From Macrostomum lignano (lineage: Eukaryota): a DNA stretch of 64,000 nucleotides. The translations under genes were made by a program, and so were the position numbers. Shown piece by piece: positions 33,965 through 45,438 of the stretch. Location of the stretch: the NCBI GenBank assembly GCA_002269645.1, contig NIVC01003019.1:60947-124946 (forward strand), read 5' to 3'. Below the pieces are notes generated by a model. That model was not told the DNA's origin. It ran no database searches and saw only the letters and a program-made list of their open reading frames with translations. Every line of letters begins with the position of its first letter. Within the stretch, counting starts at the first letter, position 1.

Positions 33965-36194
33965 TTACTTCTGCCGTTCATTATTCTTGTCAACAGATTT
34001 CTGCGAGTCCTCAAACTCAACAGATGCCATCAGGCTGGGCAGGTGCAGCATGAATGCCAGCCGTCTCTCATTATTTGTGTCGCGCAGCCCAGCGCTGAGC
34101 CGACACCATTGGCGTACAAATTTGTCGGCCTCGGAGTCCGGCCGATTCCAAGACTGATAGCCTCTGGCCAAGCAGAACTGCTGTCTCAGCAGGCGCTCCG
34201 CCGCCGGGTCCGAGGGTTTCGTTGGATCGGCGAATACGAAATTGGCCCGCTCCACTGCCCGGTCCTCTTCGTACAGCAGCTTGGCCAGGCGCCACAGCCT
34301 GTACTCGCGGTACAGGCGGAAGGCGGAGATGCCGCTGGCTCGGCTGAGGTGGATCTGGAATGTCCATTGGGCATGCGCTGGCTGCTGATTGGGATTGGGG
34401 TGGCCTGGCAACTGGGGATCTGGGAGGCTGGCCCAGCAACTGGGGATCTGGGAGGCTGGCCCAGCAACTGAGGATTTAGGAGGCTGGCCCAGCAACTGAG
34501 GATCTGGGAGGCTGGCCTAGCAACTGAGGATCTGGGAGGCTGGCCCAGCAACTGAAGATCTGGGAGGCTGGCCCAGCAACTGAGGATCTGGGAAGCTGGC
34601 CCAGCAACTGAGGATCTGAAAGGCTGGCCCAGCAACTGAGGATCTGGGGAGAGTCCGAAAGCTCACAGCGTGCTTATAGCTGAGATAATCGAACTGCAGA
34701 CAGTCGTGCTCAAACGCTTCAACACTGCCAGCTAGGAGATCTGGCGAGTTCGGCTTTCCAGTTCGAATCTGAAATTTGAATGGAATAAGCGGATTAGGCC
34801 GACATAAGATTTCAACATCAATAAAGCGATATTGACTGACATTGTGCAGCAGAGTTCTCAAGGCGGCGCTGTCCAGCTGTGGCTGCAAAAAAGCCAGATC
34901 GTCAATGAGATGCCTGTACTCAGACTGGCGCCTGCGCAGTTGAGCACTGCTGAACTCCAGGCGCTGCTCGGGTGTCCAGAAGTGCTCGGTTAGAAACAGA
35001 CGGGGAAAGTAGAAGCTGAAAATGAGAATGGAATTGTTGAATGATTGGGGATCATAAATCAATATCATCTCTACCTATAAAAATGAAAACTCTGAGTGGT
35101 TTGGGAGTCCATAGCGAACAAATTTGTACACAGACACAATCAAATGGCACCATATTTTGCACCCACCCTAAACTCACGACGGTGAATGTTTTAGGTTACC
35201 TTAATAAAATTTCCTAAATCCAAGTCTCTTCCCTTTTCTCTTTTCTCTCTCCTCTGAGAGAGGGGGGAGAGAAGAGAGAGTAACGGGAAGAAAGAGAAGA
35301 GAGGAGAGATAAGAGATTAGTGAAGAGAGAGGGGAGAGAAGAGAGGAGAGATAAGAGATTAGAGAAGAGAAAGGGGAGAGAAGAGAGGAGAGATAAGAGA
35401 TTAGTGAAGAGAGAGAGGAGAGAAGAGAGGAGAGATAAGAGATTAGAGAAGAGAAAGGGGAGAGAAGAGAGGTGATATTAGAGAATAGAGAAGACTGAAG
35501 AGAGAGAGGAGAGAAGAGAGGAGAGAAGACGAGATGATAGATAAGCTCAGAAAACAAAATGAGAGAGGAGAGACAAGTTTCAAAGGACACGGGGGATCCA
35601 ATGCAATGCATGGTTTAGACAGACATTATTCTGCCCGGCAACCCAGCCGGCAGCCGCACTATTTTTTTTGAGTATTACTTCAGGCGTTGCATAGATTTTT
35701 TTACATTGGCTGGCTATCAGAGACAGCCATTTTAAGTCCAAGTATGATGCGAGAATGACTTTTGAATTTAGAAATACATGCAAAACAGTTCCGGGGATTG
35801 GAATTGTGGGTTCAAAATCTCACAGACTCACAGAACAGGCAGAAACAGTACGGTGCCTGGCAGGGCCGAAATACACAGTGCAGGAGTGGCCCTAGCCAGC
35901 TCCTTTGGCACCAGTCTCAGCAGTGAAATCTCCCGATAGCCCAGGTGAGAATACGGAGCACCTCCTCCCGAGACGCGAGTCCACACGGTTACAAAATCTT
36001 GGAAATCGGTTACTAGGCCACCAACGCCAGTTTGAAATGTGCGAAACAGTTTGTGGGTGCCGGGACTGCGGTCCCGCCAACGGTGCTCAACCCAGACTAG
36101 GAAGCGGCGGTACCAGGCAATGCTGGCGTCAACTCGCTTGTCCGGTAGCTCCTTCATGATCGGTTTTATGTACTGCCGTACACTGACTGCTGAG
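33965..36194 (-). CDS. LETMD1: LETM1-domain-containing protein 1-like (5' end unresolved)
   Basis: Exons: ~36194-35832 (donor GTGAGT), 35015-34667 (donor GTGAGC) and 34354-33965. The spliced product reads ...LGYREISLLRLVPKEL..ISALPGTVLFLPVLFYFPRLFLTEHFWTPEQ...YKHAIHLSRASG...EDRAV...LARGY, matching the LETMD1 motifs FPRQLLIRHFWTPKQ and HVKALSR. The start codon or first exon was not identified. Confidence 0.85.
34405..34650. repeat. 28-bp minisatellite in LETMD1 intron 2 (CAACTGAGGATCTGGGAGGCTGGCCCAG)
   Basis: Directly visible tandem units filling most of the intron. Confidence 0.93.
35065..35820 (+). mobile_element. Non-autonomous Helitron-like element, copy 1 (fills LETMD1 intron 1)
   Basis: The 5' end is A|TCATCTCTACCTATAAAAATGAAAACTCTG. 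Internal cacccaccctaaactcacgacggtgaatgttttaggttacc, an AG-rich tract and 3' aatacatgcaaaacagttccggggattggaatt..gggttcaaa are all shared with 59447-62338. Confidence 0.7.
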
Positions 36195-36264
36195 CTGCAG
36201 GCGGTTCGGGTGGCATAAGTTAAAGACAAGTTGAAGGCGAGGCGAGAGTCTTAACACGATTCTC

Positions 36265-36600
36265 TAGGGTGAGAGTCTTGAGGAAGATTCTCTGGGATGA
36301 GGGTCTGAGGAAGATTCTCTGGGGTGAGGGTCTGAGGAAGATTCTCTGGGATGAGGGTCTGAGGAAGATTCTCTGGGATGAGGGCCTGAGGAAGATTCTC
36401 TGGGGTGAGGGTCTGAGGAAGATTCTCTGGGATGAGGGCCTGAGGAAGATTCTCTGGGGTGAGGGTCTGAGGAAGATTCTCAGGGTTAAGGTCTGAAGAC
36501 GATTTTCAGGGTTAAAGTCTGAAGACGATTCTCAGGGGTGAGTCTTCAAGGTTCTCATGATGAGAGTCTGAGGAAGACTCTGGGTGAGCTTGAGAACGAT
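36265..36600 (+). repeat. 27-bp minisatellite (GAGGAAGATTCTCTGGG[A/G]TGAGGGTCT)
   Basis: Directly visible tandem units. Confidence 0.9.
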
Positions 36601-36784
36601 TCGCAGAGGTGAGAGTCTGGGGTTTAAAGGTAAAATTCTGGGGCGATTCACAATAAGGGTCTCAGGTTTCAGGATGAGACTCTCACCTGAGGTCTGAAGA
36701 AATTCTCAGCAGGTTGATAGTCTAGTGCAATGAGTCCAGACTGAGCCTACTATTGATAAACAGGGGAGATTCTAGGAGTAGCAC

Positions 36785-36975
36785 AGGTGATTCTCAGCTA
36801 ATCAGGGCGATTCTCAGAGTAATCCACGGGTGATTCTCAGCTAATCAGGGCAGGGCGATTCTCAGAGTAACCCACGGGTGATTCTCAACCAACCAAGGGC
36901 GATTCTCAGCTAATCAGGGCGATTCTCAGAGTAACCCACGTGTGATTCTCAGCCAATTAGGGGCGATTCTCAGAG
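36785..36975 (+). repeat. ~20-bp degenerate minisatellite (GGGCGATTCTCAG...)
   Basis: Repeated gg(g/t)(c/t)gattctcag cores. Confidence 0.8.
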
Positions 36976-37484
36976 TGAAACCGGGCGCACAGCAAATAAC
37001 ATAATTTTCAAAGAAACCGTTAATCTTCAACCAAACAAAGCAACGCACAGTCAGACGGACAGAACAAAAGAATCAATCTTTCAATTATATTTCATATTTT
37101 GAAACGAATGTATTGTAAATAAGCATAGTCAGAGACACTGAAAAATGAACAAGAAAAATTATAGCATTGAAAATGAAATACAGAACTAGCCAACAAGACT
37201 TATAAATAGCAAGAGTTAATTTTTTCTTGGTTTATTACATAAACTGAACACACAAAGAACAGAAACAGCATTAACATTGAATTTAAGCAATAAAAGAAGC
37301 AAACCAATACAATTATAAACAAATTGAACTTGAAGTAAACAAACAGAGCAAGAAAAACATTCCAAAAGGACGATTGTTAGTGAAACAAAAGAAACATTTT
37401 TTCTGGGCTAGTTTAAAGATTAATTGCAGTCTAGTTTAAAAACTATTCTTAAGGGGAATTACGGCGATTTCCCAGTAACCCAGG

Positions 37485-37620
37485 GTAGTCTATGGGCGAT
37501 TCTATTGGGTAGTCTATGGGCGATTCTATTGGGTAGTTTATGGGCGATTCTGCAGGGTAGTTTATGGGCGATTCTGCAGGGTATTTTTTGGGCGATTCTG
37601 CAGGGTAGTTTATGGGAGAT
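37485..37620 (+). repeat. 24-bp minisatellite (GGGTAGTTTATGGGCGATTCTGCA)
   Basis: Directly visible tandem units. Confidence 0.88.
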
Positions 37621-37907
37621 GATAAGCGACAGCTGAAATAGCACTTAAGAAATTACATCAAAACCCAAACACCGGCACAGCAAAACATTAAAACAGAAGA
37701 TATAGCAGGATATTTGAACAAGGCTAGCGCAATGCACAAAGGCATATTTTCAAAACAAACAATCTAAAAGTACATTTAAATATGAGGGGCGCCCACTATT
37801 TTATTGCAAATCAATGACATTCGGTACCTATACCACTTCTCTAACCGCTATAATTCAAATAGTTAAGTTCTGTGGTTGAAATTTCCAACTGCATTAATTT
37901 CAAGCAT

Positions 37908-40746
37908 TCAAGCGCGACCCTTGATGTAGTTCTCTGGCATAGACACTACATGCCTACCCTCCGCATAGATGTTCAATAGTCGGCCACTATTAGGGATGAC
38001 ATTGTACTGCAGAGCCAGTGTCACATTGGGATTGCCGCGCAGACCAAATCCATCGTCCCAGAAATAATACTTGGGATTAACGCGGCTGTATTGCAGTCGG
38101 GCTGATTCACCTCGGCGAATAATTTTATCCCATAGAACTACCTGATTAAAGGCATTCTTTTCAGTCTTGTAATGGGCCGTGATATAGACAAATAGTTGTT
38201 TAACATTCCAGTTGAACAGGTGGTTCAGGTCAGCCTGCAGTCAGTTTATAATTAGGCAAAACTTCAATTTGCATTTCAACCAGAAAGACTTTAACTTCTA
38301 AAAAAGCTATGACATCAAAAATCTTTTATAGACAAACTAAGTAGAAACTATCTTCCATTTATTTTTTATCTATGGCTGCCAAAACAACTGAGAAACAAGT
38401 TCTAAGTTGTTTTGCTATAAACAAAGTAATAAATGGGGCATATAATATTTACCCCCCACTTGGCCTAGTCTTACTGGTCAAAGTGAGTATCTGCCTCTCA
38501 ACAAGTTTCTGGTTGTGCCACAAATTTACCTAATTTAATGCATTCTTAGAAAGTCTGATTCTACTGTACAGTCAACCCTATCAATGTACATTTATAACCA
38601 TATTTTTGGCCAGCTTCACCACCCCACTCTCCTTTGCTATTAGTTCCTCTATTTCTATTCTATTCAAATTTTGAACTGATGTTCTGTCTAGTCTAGACTT
38701 TGTAAACAGCCACTCACATTTGTTATTAAACTGACAATTGAGAAAAGGAATAGAAATTCCCCATTTTAAGTGCACACAAAATTTGTAGACCAAATAATGA
38801 AGTTACTATATAGGTTTCCAGAGCCACCCTAGGCCAGATTTTAATATTAAAGATAAAGGAAGTTTGTGGGCCACATGGAAAGTCTTTGTGGGCTAGATCT
38901 GGCATATAGGCTAGAAGTGACCTTTGGTATAAATGCTACTTGTATCTTGCCTTAGTCTATGGGCCTTAATATAAGTTGCAAATAAATAAAATACATTATT
39001 AATTCTTATTTTGGGTAACTCTGTATATCATTTTTCTTGGCTTTTGCAATTGATGGCTCATACACAAGACAAAGTATAGCCAAGGTCCTCTGTAGCTAAC
39101 AGATAAAATATTATATTTGGATCCAAGTTAAATATTTTTATGATTTATTTTTTTATTAAGACATCAATACTGCTAGAAATAGTAGGACTCTTAGGACTTT
39201 TTATTTTAATAATTTTCAATTTTGAGTTCAAAACAGTCTATACACTTTTGCAACTTTAATCTATAAATAGAAATATTTATATTTGATGTTTGATTGTGAA
39301 TTTTTGGACTAATGCTAGCCAATATCTTGTTTTTTATTTGGTACTCTTAATTTATACTAACCTAAACTTAGTAGCTAATGTTATAACTTAAGGCTACTTC
39401 ATACAATGTATATATAACTTGTAAAACCTTGGCTAATGGCTATCTAATATAGGCTTAGATTTGACAAAAATCTGAATTAGTTTTGTAATTAACTTGAATC
39501 CTCAATCTTTTGTAACTTATTTCTATTCTTATTCTTTGTTTTACTTTTTACTTTTGTTTTTATTGTAAAATTTGTTTTTTTACCCTCGGTCTACTAGTTG
39601 ATGCAGTGTGCAGTCATTTTGTCTATCACCTTTTTGTCTGCTAGTAGACAAAACAACTTTAAAAAATGAAAAGTAAAATATAGCTATATAAATTGTAAAG
39701 CTATTTATAATAAGATATTACAAGTCATGCAAAGAATTATTATGGGATATCTCTTTTGCATGTGTAATATTGTTTAATGCAATATTTCAAAGAAACATAT
39801 TATTCAATTAAATTTGAACATCTGTTAAAAAGTTTTATGACAGTGTTAGTCATTAGTAAATCAAAAGGCAGAATAGTTTGCAGTTGAATATGACTATGAG
39901 CATTATTATGATCCCTGGTCCTATCTTGATCCAATGACGATAACGCATTTGCTGTCCTATTGCAAAGTTTATATAAACTTAGCTTTGAATCATAGACTAA
40001 AATTTTATTCAATATTTTGTTGCTAGATAAAATGACTGTATTAGATTTTTGCAGACAAAAGAATGGCAGACAAACTAATAGCAAACAAAATGACTATCAA
40101 CTGTTTATGCTAGCTAGATTGGCTATAAGTAAAAAATGTCTTTTAATAGCTATTATATATAAAAACATATAACCACAAGAAAGCAATTTAAAATATCAAT
40201 AAAAGTTAAAAAGGGAACTAATTTATTGACAAATTGAAAATTCTTGTCTTCTTTATAAAATAAATTAGATTATACATAATTTTTATAATGAAAATTTGCA
40301 TTCTTGTTTATATAATGACAATGTACTACTTAATATTTATTTTTAACAAGAATATATTCAATAGAGATTTAATTATAAAAGATATTAGTTATTGCCTTTT
40401 ATATTGCCTTTTATATTATTATCCATAGATATTCATAGGACCCACAGATACTAATATGCTAAAATAAAATGTGATGTATAACAGAAAATATAAAAATAAA
40501 TAGTAGGAAATAGAATATTAAAAACCAACTCACATCAATATTTAAAGTCATGTGGCCAAGATCATTGATTTCATGTCCAATCATGTAGTCGGGTGCCTGT
40601 CGAACTAGCACGCTAGGAGTATCAAGCTTTGCTATAGAATGATGTGTATGATGAACTGTGGAGAGAAAACAACAAAATGTCAATCCAGCCAAAACTGTCA
40701 TAGTCATAGCAAAAAGTGAGTTCAAGCGGCTTAAGAAGGTATTCAT
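37908..40746 (-). CDS. SPCS3: Signal peptidase complex subunit 3 (SPC22/23), 2 exons
   Basis: Exon 1 is 40746-40534 (MNTFLSRLNSLFA..NDLGHMTLNID|gtgagt). Exon 2 is 38234-37908 (ADLNHLFNWNVKQLFVYITAHYKTEKNAFNQVVLWDKII..KYYFWDDGFGLRGNPNVTL..NVIPNSG..*) and is not in the ORF track. AATAAA lies ~100 nt downstream. Confidence 0.96.
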
Positions 40747-42100
40747 TTCGTCGACTTAACAGATGAAAATAAAGTTTCTTTTTAAACTTGAGATGCGATC
40801 GTGCTCTGATTGTAGTTTAATTTAATTCGGATTGAGAAAACTAAACTATTTAAAAAACAAACGATCCAATTTGCGAATTCGTAATACCTAACATAAAAAA
40901 TATATATCTAAGAAATTAAAATTACAACGCACTTCAAATTCGTGCTATTTCGCGTGTACGAAAATTAAGAGTCGTTTTTCGTTATTGACTGCGTGGGTTT
41001 TGTACAACATAAAATTGCTCCCATATGATGGGGCACATAAGCAGTAAAGACAGAGATCGAAACAATGGTATCTAACAAGCTATTTAAAATTTAAAGAGGC
41101 ATTCAAAGAGTGACGAAATGACTGCCTAACACCAGAAACAAACAGATCATAATATTAACTGTTTTGGAGTGTTAACACTACATGTTTATAATATAAATTG
41201 CAAGCATACATAAACAACGAACGGAGTGAATGAACATATGGGTTTTGATGAGTCATGACAGTTCCTTTTTGTACAGTTCAAGAATACTCAGAAGCAACGG
41301 CTCCATGCCACACGCACGCCTGGACCACTCCACGCTGACTTCGGAGTCCAAAATACTCGCCAGTCGCCAGTTGCCCCTCCACCACCAAAAAACAAGGAGC
41401 CTTATCGGCGCGCCTGGGCTTGCCGGCCAAGTCTGTAATCGGCGTTTGCAGCTGACCGAATGATCTATTGCAGAGCTTACTGCAGAATGACAATTTCACT
41501 CTTATGATACATGTAATTGGGCACGTGCACAGATGCAATAGCCCACGAATTTTTGTTGACAGCACAGTAGAACGCGTTTTGGCCTTTGTCACGGGTATAT
41601 TTTTTGCTTATAATTGTTATGCGAATACAAGCCGCTACTTTTAATTGTCAAAATATTTACTTTTAAACAACTTGCTGCAATGATTTTACCCGAAAAAAAC
41701 TTTATCGTGACCATAATCGCTAAGGTCATAGTAAACATCCCACGAGTGACTCTAGCTATCCTAGGCCGACGCAAGTGACTCTGGGACGTCGCTTCTTGGC
41801 CTGGGTACCGTTTTCATCGGGATGAGCTGAAATATAAAATTCACAGCAGAACAATCACTGCTGGAAAGAAATAATGCTCTAATTTTGTCAAATCCAGACC
41901 AAATTTTGATTCCAATGCAGAATTGCAAACCAAACTCAGCGTGAATAGCGAGTCACCATTAGAACTGCCGATAAATTTCAGTGTATTTTTTGTTGCTCAA
42001 CAACAACAACTATACGCACGCGACAAAGCGAGGCCACTTTCATCATGAATCAAACAATCAATTAATCAACCGGAAACGCTACCGGATCCAATCGCTGGAT

Positions 42101-43389
42101 TTAATCTTCATCCGCGTCCTCACCGCCCTTAGTGCCCTCGCGGGCGTTCTTCCTCTTGACTCGGCCGGGCCGGCCGCCTCCCAGCGGGCTCTTCAATGAG
42201 AAGTCGATGTGCTTCTGACTGTCGAGACGAACCATAAATGATGGCACGTTGACCATTTGGCGACGTACGCGGATGTGACGCTGGCGGATCAGAACGCGAG
42301 CATGATGGATGCTCTTGGCTAGGCCCAGCTTCAGCACCTGGAGTTGTGTTTGGATTATGGATTGGGGACACAATATGATTTGATACTATTGAATAAATAC
42401 TGATTAAATTGCTACTCGCAAAGACGAAAAGTCTGTTGAGTTAAATTACACACAATCAATGGATCATTAGACATTTGACTCAAATAAAACTAAAACAAAG
42501 GTAACCCAAATTTAAACAATAATTAAACCGTTTCAACCATATCTATCGACTTACACCTCAAGCAACAACCTGACTTACACCTCAACCAACAACCTGACTC
42601 ACACCTCAACCAAAAACCTGAACTACAAGTCTACAACCCAACCAACAGCCTGACTTACACCTCAACCAACAACCTGACTTAAACCTCAACCAACAAACTG
42701 ACTTACACCTCAACCAACAACCTGACTTACACCTCAACAAACAAACTGACTTACACCTCAACCAACAACCTGACTTAAACCTCAACCAACAACCTGACTT
42801 ACACCTCAACCAACAACCTGACCCACACCTCAACCAACAACCTGACCCACACCTCAACCAACAAACTGACCCACACCTCAACCAACAACCTGACTTACAC
42901 CTCAACCAATAACCTGACTTAAACCTCAACCAACAATCTGACCCACACCTCAACCAACAACCTGACCCGCACGTAAACTAATAATCTGACACGCAATCCA
43001 CGCAAGCTCCATCCAAGCCAAGCCAAACCTAATCTTATCAAAAGAGCACTAACCTGAGTCTGCAGCCGTCGCTCAAGAAAGTCCTCAATCTTGAGACCCA
43101 GCACGTAATCGAGCTTCATCTTGTCCTCCTGCAGCACGCCGATTCGAACCAACCGACGCAGCAGGGCGTTGCCCTCAAACAACCGTCTGGGGTCTTTCTC
43201 TTCTAGGGTCAGGAGCTCTCGAGCAGCCTTGCGAATTTTAGCCAAAGTGTACTTAACGCGCCAAACTTCGCGCTTGTTCTTCAAGCCGTACATGCCAATA
43301 AGCTTCAGCTCGGCATCGAGGCGCTCTTTCTCGAACGGTCGCCTAGGAGTTGAGTAGGTCTTCGAATAGATGCGGGGTACTCGGCTCAT
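42101..43389 (-). CDS. RPS9: 40S ribosomal protein S9 (uS4), 2 coding exons, 190 aa
   Basis: Exon 43389-43054 ([34 protein letters not shown]|gttagt) joins exon 42337-42101 ([56 protein letters not shown]). A probable 5'UTR intron spans 44973-43395. Confidence 0.98.
42550..42990. repeat. 24-bp minisatellite in RPS9 coding intron (CAACCAACAACCTGACTTACACCT)
   Basis: Directly visible. The minus-strand unit contains GTAAGT and CAGGTT. Confidence 0.93.
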
Positions 43390-43424
43390 GATGGCTGCAA
43401 ACGGGCGGTTTGTACTCGTGTTAA

Positions 43425-44665
43425 ACACTAACTAGTAAATAGAAGTATATCTACTTATACACTAACTAGTAAATAGGAGTCAATCTAGTAAGACGTAACT
43501 AGTAAATAGAAGTATATCCCTGGTAAGACACCAACTAGTAAATAGAATTATATCCCTAGTAAGACAACAACTAGTAAATAGTAGTCTATCCCTAGTAAGA
43601 CACGAACTAGTAAATAGAAGTATATCCCTAGTAAGACACCAACTATTGAATAGAAGTATATCCCTAGTAAGACACCAACTATTGAATAGAATTATATCCC
43701 TAGTAAGACAACAACTAGTAAATAGTAGTCTATCCCTAGTAAGACACGAACTAGTAAATAGAAGTATATCCCTAGTAAGACACCAACTATTGAATAGAAG
43801 TATATCCCTAGTAAGACACCAACTATTGAATAGAAGTATATCCCTAGTAAGACACCAACTAGTAAACAGAAGTCTATCCCTAGTAAGACACCAACTATTG
43901 AATAGAATTATATCCCTAGTAAGAAACCAACTAGTAAATAGAAGTCCATCCTTATTAAGAATAAGACACCAACTAGTAAATAGAAGTCTATCCCTAGTTA
44001 GACACCAACTAGTAAATAGAAGTCCATCCCTAGTAAGACACCAGCTAGTAATTAGAAGTATATCCATAGTAAGACACCAACTAGTAAATATAATTATATC
44101 CCTAGTAAGACACCAACTAGTAAATAGAAGTCTATCCTTAGTAAGACGCCAACTAGTAAATATACGTATCTTCCTTGTAAGACACCAACTAGTAAATAGA
44201 AGTCTATCCTTAGTAAGACGCCAACTAGTAAATATACGTATCTTCCTTGTAAGACACCAACTAGTAAATAGAAGTATATCCCTAGTAAGACACCCAACTA
44301 GTAAATAGAAGTCTATCCCTAGTAAGACACCAACTAGTAAATAGAAGTATATCCCTAGTAAGACACCCAACTAGTAAATAGAAGTCTATCCCTAGTAAGA
44401 CACCAACTAGTAAATAGAAGTCTATCCCTAGTAAGACACCAACTAGTAAATAGAAGTATATCCCTAGTAAGACACCCAACTAGTAAATAGAAGTCTATCC
44501 CTAGTAAGACACCCAACTAGTAAATAGAAGTATATCCCTAGTAAGACACCAACTAGTAAATAGAAATCTATCCCTTGTAAGACACCAACTAGTAAATAGA
44601 AGTATATCCCTAGTAAGACGCCAACTAGTAAATAGAAGTATATCCCTAGTAAGACACCAACTTTT
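43425..44665. repeat. 36-bp minisatellite in the putative RPS9 5'UTR intron (CCAACTAGTAAATAGAAGTATATCCCTAGTAAGACA)
   Basis: Directly visible. It lies between donor GTAAGT (44973) and acceptor ttgcag (43397-43395). Confidence 0.94.
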
Positions 44666-45213
44666 AAATAGGAATGTCAGTGGGTAGTAACTAAAGTAAT
44701 CAACTTATTAGCAGTCTAGCGACTAATATTTTATTATTACATGCAGTAAGAGTTTGCAGAACTTCTTTTTTAAGCAACGCTTTACTTCTTGTTACATTAT
44801 TGATCATAATTGTATAGCACATCTTTACTCATTAACTGATATTGTATTTAGTAAATCAAAAACTTAACCATAATAATTGATAACAGATTCTATTTCTGTG
44901 GCACAGCTGAAATCAAGAATATTACAGAATATAATATCACGTCATGGAATGCTGAAAATTAAAAAAAACTTACATACAGTATTAGAGTCAGACAAGAATT
45001 TAGCACCTGCTAAAAAAGAAATGGACAAGTAACGCACGTTCAGCAGAAATAGGAAACCACTCCAAACAATCTTAGACGCTTCAGACCGTGCAATATTTAA
45101 ATGATAAATAAAATGCAATAAATTTAACAGAAAGCAGGATCGTCAAAGCTAAAACAATCCAATTCCAGCTGAAGATTTGGATGGATCATAAAATTAACAT
45201 AACTGGGTGAAAA

Positions 45214-45438
45214 TCATCCTACAAAGACAACATAGAAAGCCATAACTACACAGGATAGTGCCACTAATACATGCAATCGAATTCCAATCACAGCAGCCTT
45301 GTACAGCACACCCCAGAAACCAGTTTTCTCAGTGAAGCACCATTCTTTCAGCTTTGGCACCCGTTTCATATAGGCTGAAGTGCAGATAAACAAAATTATA
45401 GAAACTAGAAGGCCTTCAAAGCTGTAAATGTTGGTCAT
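45214..45438 (-). CDS. TMEM167B: Protein Kish-B, single coding exon, 74 aa
   Basis: The product is [74 protein letters not shown]. It matches Kish-B motifs ([37 protein letters not shown]). Acceptor ccttcag lies at 45497-45495. Confidence 0.95.
   Translation of the reverse strand: MTNIYSFEGLLVSIILFICTSAYMKRVPKLKEWCFTEKTGFWGVLYKAAVIGIRLHVLVALSCVVMAFYVVFVG

Noticed and set aside
36202-36229. TTG start of the LETMD1 ORF, and the plus-strand ORFs overlapping SLC26 exons and the transposase
   Set aside because: Non-ATG starts are an ORF-finder convention. The antisense ORFs are shadows of GC-rich coding sequence with no independent motifs.
41978-42046. Box C/D snoRNA (ATGATGA ... CTGA, minus strand) in the RPS9 3' region
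   Set aside because: There is no convincing terminal stem or recognisable rRNA guide, and it lies in a probable 3'UTR. It is compatible with chance.
43480-44479. 296-aa and 220-aa ORFs upstream of RPS9
   Set aside because: They are artefacts of the 36-bp intronic repeat.
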